Below, piece by piece: positions 1 to 8,363 of a stretch of DNA of 40,383 bases (the first letter of the stretch is position 1; each line of letters opens with the position of its first letter). The stretch covers positions 1 to 40,383 of the IMG/VR virus record IMGVR_UViG_3300022542_001227; one strand, 5' to 3'. The notes beneath the pieces were generated by a model that was not told where the DNA came from, did no database searches, and was given only the letters and a program-made list of their open reading frames with translations. The DNA comes from a virus. The position numbers were made by a program, and so were the translations under genes.

Positions 1-141
1 TACTAGCCATCTAAAATTAAAATTGCTTGCATGAATATAACTATTAAGTATCGGTGTGAACACCAGCAGGTTCAGTTACTTGTACCAAAAACGATTCTAA
101 TGTATGGTAAATTAAAGTGCCTAGTATATCATATGGCTCTA
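1..141. repeat. Terminal direct repeat, copy 1 (circular-assembly overlap)
   Basis: Identical base for base to 40243-40383. Contains the portal start codon (8-10) and the 3' end of ORF 44..403. Confidence 0.95.
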
Positions 142-403
142 TGTCACAATCATAATTTGTTACAACATTAAAGAAATCTGCAGGTACATCAAAATAAAAT
201 TGCTCATTAGTACTGCCATCTACATCACCTATTCCAGTCCAGGTTATTGATCTTTTAGTACCATCAAGTGCTTTGAAATGCCAAACAAATGTATCAAGTC
301 CTGGTACTGTTAGAATATCTCTTGCTATATTATTCATAAAATGTGAAAATCCTTTTCTAAAATTACCATCACCACGCCTATAAATTAAAGTGGTTTTTGC
401 CAT
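44..403 (-). CDS. Hypothetical protein (119 aa)
   Basis: Track ORF with ATG start in the same-strand gene array. No motif recognised. Confidence 0.55.
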   Translation of the reverse strand: MAKTTLIYRRGDGNFRKGFSHFMNNIARDILTVPGLDTFVWHFKALDGTKRSITWTGIGDVDGSTNEQFYFDVPADFFNVVTNYDCDIEPYDILGTLIYHTLESFLVQVTEPAGVHTDT

Positions 404-431
404 AGATTATCTAAATCCTTCATGTATTTTA

Positions 432-581
432 TTATGATCTTTTATCAATGAAATTAAGTTTTGTAATTATTGATTGTAGAACATCAACAAATTCTAATTG
501 TGTGATGTTAGTAAGTAGAAATTTAAGACTAGTTAGAATTGAAAAAGCAGTTCTTCTTCTAGTTGGAAATGCAAAATACAT
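432..581 (-). CDS. Possible small protein (49 aa)
   Basis: Hand translation MYFAFPTRRRTAFSILTSLKF... The ATG lies 3 nt after the stop of 585..908. Below the track length cutoff. Confidence 0.3.
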   Translation of the reverse strand: MYFAFPTRRRTAFSILTSLKFLLTNITQLEFVDVLQSIITKLNFIDKRS

Positions 582-584
582 AAT

Positions 585-908
585 TTAGAATTTAAAGAAC
601 AGGAATTTAACAGTTCTAAGTGTTCCAGATACTTGTCTAATTGAAATTTTATACCCATATTTGTTACTTCTTGGCTGAAATCCAACTATTGGATCATCCA
701 ATACACCAACATAAGTTTCATCTTGCTTGTTTTTTCTATAAGGATCTGCTGCAGCAATAATTTCTTCACCACGAATTTCAACATCTTCTGTTGCTTGTAA
801 CGTAGCAAGATCTACTTTACCTTCAAATGTGTTATTTGTAGTTCCTTCAAAAAGTGTTTGAAATGAATTTGTAAGTAATAATGAACCTTCACCTGCTACT
901 GTTGGCAT
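585..908 (-). CDS. Hypothetical protein (107 aa)
   Basis: Track ORF with ATG start, preceded by a degenerate copy of the T-rich late intergenic element. Confidence 0.55.
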   Translation of the reverse strand: MPTVAGEGSLLLTNSFQTLFEGTTNNTFEGKVDLATLQATEDVEIRGEEIIAAADPYRKNKQDETYVGVLDDPIVGFQPRSNKYGYKISIRQVSGTLRTVKFLFFKF

Positions 909-944
909 GATAATAAAAAAGAAAAGGTAGTATTTTAGGATTTA

Positions 945-1367
945 TTATTTTTTCTTTAATTTTTCCCTTAATTCTAGTTCTAGATCAGAAATCATTTCAA
1001 ACAGTTGGCCAATCATCATTGGGCTACGTAATTCACCTTCTGCTTTTTTAAGATATTCTTTCAATTCTTTTAGGTCTTTTTCTTCTAGTGACCATACACC
1101 TTTGTCTGTATTGAATTTATTTCTGATTGATTTGATATAGGTGTAGATTTTACCAGCTTCTTCTGCATCTTTTGGTTTTACAGATGTTGCAAGCAATCTA
1201 AGAATCAATGTACCAACATCAAGTACAGGGGCCATCTTACGAATTTCTGAAATTGTTTTTCCTTCCAGTTGTTCTTTAGATGCTTCAAGTCTTGCTGCTT
1301 CATGGATTTCTTTGCCCATATGATCTAGAACCAATTCTTTGAGTTTTAGAACTACTGCTTCACTCAT
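945..1367 (-). CDS. Coiled-coil protein (140 aa)
   Basis: Track ORF 945..1376 trimmed to the ATG at 1367, which directly follows the ATGCTACAT promoter motif. K/E/L-rich helical sequence. Confidence 0.6.
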   Translation of the reverse strand: MSEAVVLKLKELVLDHMGKEIHEAARLEASKEQLEGKTISEIRKMAPVLDVGTLILRLLATSVKPKDAEEAGKIYTYIKSIRNKFNTDKGVWSLEEKDLKELKEYLKKAEGELRSPMMIGQLFEMISDLELELREKLKKK

Positions 1368-1395
1368 ATGTAGCATAAAAAAAAGAAAGAATAAA
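1368..1395 (-). promoter_or_regulatory. Motif promoter 1: TTTATTC box, then ATGCTACAT abutting the ATG at 1367
   Basis: Gene-sense strand reads tttattctttcttttttttATGCTACAT-ATG. Confidence 0.5.
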
Positions 1396-1400
1396 AAGAT

Positions 1401-1757
1401 TTACAATGAATCAATTATTGATTTTGTGGCATCAAAAATTTCTTGTCTTCTAGTATTATCCATATCCTTAGCTGGTATCATTGGATCTTTTGGTAATACA
1501 TCAAAAACACGTTTCGTTACTGCAGGTGTTCCAGGTTGTGCTGATACTGCTGGTTCAACTTCTGTTTCACCATCCATTACTGCATCTTTTCCAGGTTGTG
1601 CTGATACTGCTGGTGTTTCTTCAACTTCACGTGAGTTCATTTTGATGCTAGTAATTGCTTCTTCTGCTTGATTCAGTGTAGATCTTTGTGTTCTGTTTTG
1701 GCCAAGTTTATCTTGGATTTTCTGCGTAAGATCTGAGATTTGTTTATCAGTTGGCAT
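1401..1757 (-). CDS. Hypothetical protein with internal repeat (118 aa)
   Basis: Track ORF. PAVSAQPG occurs twice, encoded by a 60-nt tandem repeat. The antisense ORF 1339..1671 is judged a shadow. Confidence 0.55.
   Translation of the reverse strand: MPTDKQISDLTQKIQDKLGQNRTQRSTLNQAEEAITSIKMNSREVEETPAVSAQPGKDAVMDGETEVEPAVSAQPGTPAVTKRVFDVLPKDPMIPAKDMDNTRRQEIFDATKSIIDSL
1516..1635. repeat. Imperfect 60-nt tandem duplication inside CDS 1401..1757
   Basis: The 24-mer ccaggttgtgctgatactgctggt is exact at 1531-1554 and 1591-1614. Confidence 0.8.
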
Positions 1758-1797
1758 TACAAGATGGTTTGTTTGGAATTATTTAAAAGAATTGAAT

Positions 1798-2112
1798 TTA
1801 GGCATATCTTACATCTACGAATGTATAAAATAATACATCATCAAACATGGAATAGATAGATCTTTTTTGATTCATTGTTTGCCCACCATTAAAACGCCAT
1901 ACATATTTTCCATGTGCTTTTGCTGATGCTTCATTTTTTCTAACTGTTTTGATTTTCTTAAGTACCTCAACGGCACAAATTTTACCATTTTTTACAGCTA
2001 TTCCATCTGGACATTTACCATTAAGATTAATTGTTTTGTAACCTTTATTTTGTAATTCTTTCAAAAATTCTTTTACTTTATCCTCATGCTCTATTGAACC
2101 TCTCTTGGCCAT
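1798..2112 (-). CDS. PD-(D/E)xK nuclease, Holliday-junction-resolvase (Hjc)-like
   Basis: RGSIEHE ... PDGIAV ... VEVLKK reproduces the order and spacing of the Hjc catalytic E / D / E-x-K residues. The track start at 2130 is GTG, so the ATG at 2112 is preferred. Confidence 0.5.
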   Translation of the reverse strand: MAKRGSIEHEDKVKEFLKELQNKGYKTINLNGKCPDGIAVKNGKICAVEVLKKIKTVRKNEASAKAHGKYVWRFNGGQTMNQKRSIYSMFDDVLFYTFVDVRYA

Positions 2113-2120
2113 AATTGAAT

Positions 2121-2292
2121 AAACACACACCTGTATTAAAAGGTGTCACACCTTTGTTTCCAGTCCGCTAATAGATTTAATTAATGTTATTTTTCTTTTT
2201 TTATTATTTTATTTAATTTTTAAAAAAACTTAAAATTAAAAATACCTACTGGAAATATAGGTGTCTCTCCCTTTTGTTTAGGTGTGTGTGTC
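2121..2292. promoter_or_regulatory. Origin-like region: AT-rich core bracketed by nested inverted and direct repeats
   Basis: ACACACACCT (2123-2132) pairs with AGGTGTGTGT (2280-2289). TTTCCAGT (2157-2164) pairs with ACTGGAAA (2248-2255). Direct repeats AGGTGTCACACCTTTGTTT (2141-2159) and AGGTGTCTCTCCCTTTTGTTT (2259-2279). Perfect 17-bp palindrome at 2138-2154. The ~83-bp core is almost entirely A/T. Confidence 0.4.
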
Positions 2293-2327
2293 TAAAATCA
2301 TTTATTTTCTATCAATTTAAAGATAGA

Positions 2328-2666
2328 TTATTTACTAAGATTTTTAATTCTAATTCTTTCATTAACACACTTATCCACATCATTTTGAAATGCGTTCAAT
2401 ATGGATAATCCATTGGTGTCATTTGATACAGTTGCTTCATCTATTGCATCATGATAATTTTCAAACTTCTTATATCTTCTTGGAATTTCCAAACCAAATG
2501 ATTCAGAATTAAAAAATTTTGTTTCACTTAACAAAATATCAACATGGGCTTGACCAATTATTAATTCATGTTTTTTACATTTTTTATGAGATTTAACAAA
2601 TGTAAAATTATGGTCATACTCTATTTTACAAAAACAAAAACTAGGTTTCCATATTGTGTTACTCAT
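2328..2666 (-). CDS. Hypothetical protein (112 aa)
   Basis: Track ORF with ATG start, 6 nt downstream of the fibre gene stop. Confidence 0.5.
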   Translation of the reverse strand: MSNTIWKPSFCFCKIEYDHNFTFVKSHKKCKKHELIIGQAHVDILLSETKFFNSESFGLEIPRRYKKFENYHDAIDEATVSNDTNGLSILNAFQNDVDKCVNERIRIKNLSK

Positions 2667-2672
2667 TTATTA

Positions 2673-4868
2673 TCATTCCACCGAGTCTATTTTAACTCTT
2701 ATGTAGCCAGTCCAGCCTGTTATAGTTCCAGAACCTGTAGCGATTATCTTAAAATTAAGATTGTCATTGATTGCTATTGCGTCAGTATTTGCCACACTTT
2801 CAAATTCACCTGTTGCAGATGAACCGATTGTTAATGTTCCTTTATCTACCCCTGCTATTCTAAATGTTAAAGTTGATGAAGTGTTTTTTGAATTGGATTT
2901 TACATTAAAGTGAAATGTATTAAATTCACCTGCAAAGTCAGCATCATTTGTAAAATTGGCCTCTGTAGTATCCCATGAACTCCCAGGAGTTCCAAGACCT
3001 GCATAATACGTATTGGCTGCTGTTAAATTCAACCCTGCAAAACCTATAATTGCATAATTTGCACCTGCACCACCAACCGTATTTCTAAATATTTCAATCC
3101 AATCAGTGCCATTAAATCTAAGACCTAAAACAAACCCTGCTGCAGTTGTGATATTTGCACCATCAGCAGTAAGAATGTCATTGGTTCCACCTGAATTATT
3201 AGTAATGGTTAAAATTGCATCAAACTGTAATGAGATTTCAGATCCAGCTTGCCAATTTGTACCAAGTATTTCATTAATAGTTGTAGTTCCTGTAATGTCA
3301 AAGAAATTACCATCACCACCCAATGTTATTGTACTTGCACTTACTACATCTGATCCTTTATCTTCTTGATTTCTGGCAGCATGTATTACATTTGCATTAA
3401 ATGTCTGTATAGATAGAAAAGTGTTTATTGTGTTAAGGTATGCAATATCTGCTGTATCAGTAAGTGCAGTACTTGCACCAGTGACTTCTGTGCCAATTAC
3501 AATTTGTGATGCTTCACCAGTAACTACAATATCCCTATTTGCAGTAAGTATTGGAATTATTAGATTTCTATCTGCTGTTTGATTGCTATTTACAAATATA
3601 ACACCATCAGCATCATCTGGTGAATTAATCTTTAATTGATTATCTTTGAAAGTTTGTAAAAAATCACCATATGTATTTGCTTGATCTGTTTGTACAACAG
3701 TTGATGCTACTGCCAATGTAAGAACATCTGTTGCAAGTGCTGCATTCATTCCATTACCATTACTAATTGAAATAAGATTTAGATTTACACCAGTTTTTGG
3801 TGTTGCAGCAGTTAATGCAAATGAGCCACCACCAAGTGAGCTATGAGTATTTGCTTCACCAGCACCTACTGCTTCAAGTGAAACAGTTGCGCCTGCACTA
3901 GTTCTAACTGATAATTCACCAGTTGCAGTATTTACAAATAATCGTCTTATACTTGCACCAGGGTTTGCTGGCACTGCAATATCATCAATGTCAACATAAA
4001 ATGCACCAAGTGAGTTATTTTGATCACCGTAAATAATACTAGAATTCAATTGACCTTTTGCAGTAATTGTAATTTTTGTTGAAGTGTGTACTGCAATATC
4101 CCCATCAACTATTACACCAGTATTAATTGATGTAACACCAGTATTTGAAATTAGTATATCCCCACTCATTATTACAGGTGTAGGTACTGCAGATGCGTTT
4201 CCAATCCATATTTCACCATCTGGAATATTTGGCAAGTCGTTTGTTCTATCCATTGAAGTAATTTTGATTCTTCCAACACCAGCACCACCAACTTTTAGAA
4301 CTGTACCAATGTTTTGAATTAATCCAGTACCAGTTGGTTTTACATCTGTAAATACACCTGGTGTTCCATTTACATAAATTGTTGCACCGTTTGTCAATCC
4401 AGTTGTAACTACACCATCCAATACGCCAGCAATTGTTACATCACCATTTGTATTATCTGAAATATCATCTGTGACAATACCAACTGCTGGCATTGTTGCA
4501 GCACTATCTGAATCAGCTAATGCAATTAATGGAAGATCTTGTGGAACTGAAAAGCCTGAAATATGCACAACTGATCCTTTTGTAATAGTTACACCAGTTT
4601 CATTTCTTATTTGAATATGTACAGTATCAGCATGATTTGTATTTAGAAAACTATCTAGTGTTTTACCTGTCATAGTTTGTGTAGTTGTTTTATCAATAAT
4701 GTCTGCTTCATCTGGTGTTTGATTTATCCACAATCCAGAACCGTTATCAAATGCAAGTATTTCATTATCTGCAGGTGCAGTTAATGTTACATCAGATAAT
4801 GTACCAAGTGGCACTAGTTCATTTATCAAAGATAGTAGTGCTTGTTGGCCTGTCTCAAAATCACCCAT
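2673..4868 (-). CDS. Tail fibre / receptor-binding protein (731 aa)
   Basis: N-terminal LSDVTLTAPADNEILAFDNGSGLWINQ fibre-type motif, followed by a long G/T/N/S/A-rich beta-type sequence. Confidence 0.65.
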   Translation of the reverse strand: MGDFETGQQALLSLINELVPLGTLSDVTLTAPADNEILAFDNGSGLWINQTPDEADIIDKTTTQTMTGKTLDSFLNTNHADTVHIQIRNETGVTITKGSVVHISGFSVPQDLPLIALADSDSAATMPAVGIVTDDISDNTNGDVTIAGVLDGVVTTGLTNGATIYVNGTPGVFTDVKPTGTGLIQNIGTVLKVGGAGVGRIKITSMDRTNDLPNIPDGEIWIGNASAVPTPVIMSGDILISNTGVTSINTGVIVDGDIAVHTSTKITITAKGQLNSSIIYGDQNNSLGAFYVDIDDIAVPANPGASIRRLFVNTATGELSVRTSAGATVSLEAVGAGEANTHSSLGGGSFALTAATPKTGVNLNLISISNGNGMNAALATDVLTLAVASTVVQTDQANTYGDFLQTFKDNQLKINSPDDADGVIFVNSNQTADRNLIIPILTANRDIVVTGEASQIVIGTEVTGASTALTDTADIAYLNTINTFLSIQTFNANVIHAARNQEDKGSDVVSASTITLGGDGNFFDITGTTTINEILGTNWQAGSEISLQFDAILTITNNSGGTNDILTADGANITTAAGFVLGLRFNGTDWIEIFRNTVGGAGANYAIIGFAGLNLTAANTYYAGLGTPGSSWDTTEANFTNDADFAGEFNTFHFNVKSNSKNTSSTLTFRIAGVDKGTLTIGSSATGEFESVANTDAIAINDNLNFKIIATGSGTITGWTGYIRVKIDSVE

Positions 4869-4914
4869 GACAAATTACAGTTCTAATGCATGTATTTTAC
4901 TATTTTGCAGTAAA

Positions 4915-4934
4915 AGGTGCTAATTTAGAACCAT
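4915..4934 (-). promoter_or_regulatory. Near-palindromic 20-mer AATGGTTCTAAATTAGCACC, copy 1
   Basis: Identical to 12454-12473. Intergenic, just after an oligo-T tract. Confidence 0.5.
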
Positions 4935-4964
4935 TAAAAAAAAGAAAAAATATTCTATTTTGAA

Positions 4965-5408
4965 TTAAGTAGTATTGGAAACTGTCCACAATTCGAGCAT
5001 AGAACCTGCTTTTACGGTTAGATCAGAAGCGTTTGATGTTGTTTGTGCCCCTTCTGCTGTTAGGTTACCTGCATTTGCACCAGTGGTAATTACACCTTCA
5101 ATGATGATTAAAGATTCTACATCATCTGTTAGTGCTACCATTAGTTCATCATCTTCAACAGATACTTTTGGAGTAACACCAGTCAGTCCATAAGTAAGTA
5201 CTGCTGCTGCTGCTGAAAATCCCATTGCAACATCAATATCTGCTGCTGCTTTACCAACTACTAACAAACTCAATTTGAATTTGTAAGATTTGCTGGCATC
5301 TAATGCATGTAGTAACCCAAGAATTGCAACAATCGTTGTACTAGCGTTTGCCAGTACAAGGTCTGCATCTACCCGTGCAATTTTATAGGTTTGGTTTTGT
5401 TGAACCAT
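4965..5408 (-). CDS. Hypothetical A/V/T-rich protein (147 aa), possibly structural
   Basis: Track ORF directly upstream of the fibre gene. No motif recognised. Confidence 0.5.
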   Translation of the reverse strand: MVQQNQTYKIARVDADLVLANASTTIVAILGLLHALDASKSYKFKLSLLVVGKAAADIDVAMGFSAAAAVLTYGLTGVTPKVSVEDDELMVALTDDVESLIIIEGVITTGANAGNLTAEGAQTTSNASDLTVKAGSMLELWTVSNTT

Positions 5409-5428
5409 GAAATTAATTTTGAATGCAT

Positions 5429-5548
5429 CTATTTAACTTTAAAAGAAATCCATACACGATTGCAGTTACTACAAAGTACAATATCATATGGTGCACCGCC
5501 ATCACAAGGACATTTGTCTGAAATTTTAGTAATACATTCCTTACACAT
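5429..5548 (-). CDS. Zinc-ribbon micro-protein (39 aa)
   Basis: Hand translation MCKECITKISDKCPCDGGAPYDIVLCSNCNRVWISFKVK. The ATG lies 2 nt after the stop of 5551..5871. Confidence 0.4.
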   Translation of the reverse strand: MCKECITKISDKCPCDGGAPYDIVLCSNCNRVWISFKVK

Positions 5549-5550
5549 GT

Positions 5551-5871
5551 TCAATCACTTTTCAATTTATCCAAATCAAATTCCAGGTTAGTGTCCTGGT
5601 GATCAGATTGTACTGCAGTACTTGATTCATCATAATCATCTTCTACTACATTCATTTGTTTTTTTCTAGTTTCAATTTCTGCAATATTTTGCTTTTCTTT
5701 TTTATTTTTAATTTTAGTTAGTATTCTTTTGTAACCATTTGCAGTTGGTTTTTTCTTATCGCACTTCCAGCATCTTGTGGGATTTGTAATATCATTTTCA
5801 GCACCACATTCTTCATATGGACATATCCATTTTGGAAAAAATTCTACATTAGATTTCTGATTTTGCAGCAT
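5551..5871 (-). CDS. RanBP2-like zinc-finger protein (106 aa)
   Basis: WICPYEECGAENDITNPTRCWKC fits W-x-C-x4-C-x3-N-x7-C-x2-C. A K-rich then acidic tail follows. Confidence 0.6.
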   Translation of the reverse strand: MLQNQKSNVEFFPKWICPYEECGAENDITNPTRCWKCDKKKPTANGYKRILTKIKNKKEKQNIAEIETRKKQMNVVEDDYDESSTAVQSDHQDTNLEFDLDKLKSD

Positions 5872-5933
5872 TATTTTTCATTATTTTACTTGTTTTAATA
5901 GGTATTTGATGTTGTTTACCCATCCCTAATTCA

Positions 5934-6185
5934 CTAAAGTATGATTTCAGGCTTATCACCCGATAATTCAAAGCCACCCATTAAAGTCTGCTGCATTAAT
6001 AATCGAAGTGATTTCTCACTATACAATTCCATTTGTAAATGATAGAAATAATGTATTAGATGTTCAGAAAATCCACGTGCACGTAATTTAAGATAAAATA
6101 TACAGTGTTCATCTTTGAATGTGCATCTTTCAATAACACTTGGCCATCCATATTTTTCAATTAGTGATGTTAGATCTAATTTCAT
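5934..6185 (-). CDS. Hypothetical protein (83 aa)
   Basis: Track ORF with a 4-nt overlap with the upstream gene. Confidence 0.5.
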   Translation of the reverse strand: MKLDLTSLIEKYGWPSVIERCTFKDEHCIFYLKLRARGFSEHLIHYFYHLQMELYSEKSLRLLMQQTLMGGFELSGDKPEIIL

Positions 6186-6553
6186 TTCTTTTTATCCCAT
6201 GAATTCTTTTCATCAAGATACTTTTTGATGTACTCAGTTATTTCAACATAAAATTCAGACTGTGAGAAATCCATAACAGATACTTCTGCATTTGATCCTT
6301 TTCTACTCATCACTGGTTTGTAAATGGGCGGTTCAACAGAAGTAAATCCAACTGTTTGGAATTTGTAAATTCCATTTGATTCATCATTTTTCATATCTTC
6401 ACTAGGATCAAAACCAGATATTGCTAACAAGTATCCATTACAATATTTCAGTGGGTGTTGTGTTAGTGCTGCAGCATCAATAATTTCTGCATACGATACA
6501 TCAAGTATTTCTTGAATTTCAAGTGATTTGAAACCAGTTACTTTAATGTTCAT
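6182..6553 (-). CDS. Hypothetical protein (123 aa)
   Basis: Track ORF 6182..6583 trimmed to the ATG at 6553, which forms a TAATG overlap with the stop of the upstream gene. Confidence 0.5.
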   Translation of the reverse strand: MNIKVTGFKSLEIQEILDVSYAEIIDAAALTQHPLKYCNGYLLAISGFDPSEDMKNDESNGIYKFQTVGFTSVEPPIYKPVMSRKGSNAEVSVMDFSQSEFYVEITEYIKKYLDEKNSWDKKK

Positions 6554-6837
6554 TAGAAGACACCATATCCGCACTTGCAACATTTCAATGTTGATTCTAT
6601 ATTTTTTGTAGTGAGTGTTGGTGATTCATAAGTAACAGTTGTTTGGATTTCCTCAAATGGTTCAACGGTACAAATGTATCCTGGCTTCATAGTATGTTCA
6701 CAAAGTGCCCATCTTTCAATATCTGTTGGATTGTAACCCTTAGATGCCAGTCCACTTTTAGAACCAAGTAACCAACCAACAGAAATTATTTTTCCACAAT
6801 CAGAACATGAAGTTGTATTTACTTCACCATTTTTCAT
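6553..6837 (-). CDS. Zinc-ribbon protein (94 aa)
   Basis: CSDCGK ... CCKCGY cysteine pairs. The track ORF starts with TTG at 6930 inside the upstream gene, so the ATG at 6837 is preferred. The start remains uncertain. Confidence 0.45.
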   Translation of the reverse strand: MKNGEVNTTSCSDCGKIISVGWLLGSKSGLASKGYNPTDIERWALCEHTMKPGYICTVEPFEEIQTTVTYESPTLTTKNIESTLKCCKCGYGVF

Positions 6838-6895
6838 AAATGATTCTTCAACTTTTATATTCTTGTGGTTTCTAATTAGGCCACAAATTGTTTGA

Positions 6896-7084
6896 TTAAT
6901 CTGCAGTATCATCACCTTCATCATCTGCAAGTGTTTGATCTACTTGTTCAAGCCATCCTTGTGCAGCATTGTTTGCACGTTCAATTGCATTACTGGTATC
7001 ATCATCTTGTTCATTTGTAATTTCCATTAGCAGTTGGATGATTGCATAATTTTGTGCAACTAGTACTTCATTGATATGTACCAT
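6896..7084 (-). CDS. Small acidic protein (62 aa)
   Basis: Track ORF. The ATG directly abuts the stop of 7085..7237. Confidence 0.45.
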   Translation of the reverse strand: MVHINEVLVAQNYAIIQLLMEITNEQDDDTSNAIERANNAAQGWLEQVDQTLADDEGDDTAD

Positions 7085-7237
7085 CTAAAGTTTCACCCTT
7101 CGTTGTTCTGCAGTATTAGCTGATTTTTGAAATGTACCGTTTCTAAATTCCCATCCTTGGCCCCATTTATCAGTGAAAAAACTACCATTGATTGGATTTA
7201 TTGGTCTTGTTTCTGCTTGCTTTTCTTCATATAACAT
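7085..7237 (-). CDS. Small protein (50 aa), first gene of a motif-driven transcription unit
   Basis: Hand translation MLYEEKQAETRPINPINGSFFTDKWGQGWEF... The ATG abuts the GTAGCATATTGCTAC palindrome. Confidence 0.5.
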   Translation of the reverse strand: MLYEEKQAETRPINPINGSFFTDKWGQGWEFRNGTFQKSANTAEQRRVKL

Positions 7238-7267
7238 GTAGCAATATGCTACAAAGGGGTATTTAAA
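7238..7267 (-). promoter_or_regulatory. Motif promoter 2: TTTAAATA at -30, palindrome GTAGCA-TAT-TGCTAC abutting the ATG
   Basis: Read directly. The palindrome spans 7238-7252. Confidence 0.6.
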
Positions 7268-7286
7268 AATATAGTATTCCAGGTGA

Positions 7287-7448
7287 TTAGCCTGAATTAT
7301 TCTTTAGATATTCTTTAGCATCAAATTCACTAGTAAATGGGCCCACCATTTTATTTATGGCAAAGTATCCACGTTGTGGATTTTTACCAGTGCCATCATC
7401 TACATTTTCAAGATATAGTGCTTCATTCTCTATTGTCATTACTGGCAT
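7287..7448 (-). CDS. Small protein (53 aa)
   Basis: Hand translation MPVMTIENEALYLENVDDGTGKNPQRGYFAINK... Below the track cutoff. Confidence 0.4.
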   Translation of the reverse strand: MPVMTIENEALYLENVDDGTGKNPQRGYFAINKMVGPFTSEFDAKEYLKNNSG

Positions 7449-7485
7449 AAACTAAGATAAAATAATAGAAATAAAAAAGTTGTGA

Positions 7486-7758
7486 TTAGTTACCAACTAA
7501 TCTATTTGTATGTCTAGATATTTCACTTGATTTTCTACGAATTGATTCAATTACAGTTACTAAGTTTTCCATACTTGGCATTGTACCGCTTTTAGAATCT
7601 GTTTCTGGATTACCAGCAGCAACAGGCTTATCACCATTTACAAGAATATCCAATGATTGTTTTGGACTTAATAATACTTCATCTATTTCTTGTAATTGTT
7701 GATAAATTCCTTTTAGATTTTTAGGAATTTCCATTACTGCTTCTTTTTGATCACTCAT
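7486..7758 (-). CDS. Hypothetical protein (90 aa)
   Basis: Track ORF with ATG start. Confidence 0.5.
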   Translation of the reverse strand: MSDQKEAVMEIPKNLKGIYQQLQEIDEVLLSPKQSLDILVNGDKPVAAGNPETDSKSGTMPSMENLVTVIESIRRKSSEISRHTNRLVGN

Positions 7759-7761
7759 TAG

Positions 7762-7968
7762 TCATGCTACATCTTCTAACTTTATAATCTCTTTGGTTTT
7801 TCTTTTCTCAACACGATCAACAATCTCACCGTCATACACTACATTATGTTCTTTACACCACAATAGTAAACACTTGTCACTACACCAACGAAATGAATCA
7901 AGTGGAAATATTGCAAATGTAACTTGTGCACCTAAAATATCACATCTAATGCAGTGTTTTAATTTCAT
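7762..7968 (-). CDS. Cys-rich small protein (68 aa)
   Basis: Track ORF 7762..8103 trimmed to MKLKHCIRCD...FRWCSDKC...WCKEH. The longer version overlaps 7946..8152. Confidence 0.45.
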   Translation of the reverse strand: MKLKHCIRCDILGAQVTFAIFPLDSFRWCSDKCLLLWCKEHNVVYDGEIVDRVEKRKTKEIIKLEDVA

Positions 7969-8152
7969 GTGTACCCCTATCATATGATACTTCTTTACAA
8001 GTACAACCAATTGATTCAATTGTTCCATCAGTTCTTGGTATAATTCTAGTAACACCAACACCACAAAGATTTCCATTATGTCCAGGATGGCCACATGTTT
8101 CACATTGTTGGCAGTATTTATTATTGAATTTCCTAGTGCAAGATCTACACAA
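7946..8152 (-). CDS. CCHC zinc-knuckle protein (68 aa)
   Basis: CETCGHPGHNGNLC fits C-x2-C-x4-H-x4-C exactly. There is an additional CRSC...CQQC pair. TTG start. Confidence 0.5.
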   Translation of the reverse strand: MCRSCTRKFNNKYCQQCETCGHPGHNGNLCGVGVTRIIPRTDGTIESIGCTCKEVSYDRGTHEIKTLH

Positions 8153-8297
8153 TTTTAATCAAGTCTAAATTATTTTCAAATATCTTTAGCCATGCTAATG
8201 TAGCAATATATGGTTCTTCACTATGTAAGATACACCATCTGGCCCTATCTAGACAAAATTCTAAAAAATCTAAATTAGTTATCATCAGTGAAATCAT
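8145..8297 (-). CDS. Possible small protein (50 aa)
   Basis: Hand translation MISLMITNLDFLEFCLDRARWCILHSEEPYIATLAWLKIF... Confidence 0.35.
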   Translation of the reverse strand: MISLMITNLDFLEFCLDRARWCILHSEEPYIATLAWLKIFENNLDLIKIV

Positions 8298-8363
8298 CTA
8301 TAGATGTACCTTTATGGTTTTCGTTGTGTGTCTTTTTGTTAGATAGTTTAGATGTTCGAAGTG

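Noticed and set aside
1-141. Terminal repeat as a biological DTR, LTR or insertion-sequence end
   Set aside because: The repeat boundary falls inside coding sequence, and its length equals a common assembler k-mer. There is no transposase and there are no inverted ends. Only read-level data can finally exclude a real DTR.
1339-1671. 110-aa plus-strand ORF opposite 1401..1757
   Set aside because: It mirrors the same tandem repeat in antisense, and no plus-strand promoter context is present.
2673-4868. Diversity-generating retroelement targeting the fibre genes
   Set aside because: No reverse transcriptase gene is present. I saw no template/variable repeat pair with adenine-specific differences near either fibre gene.
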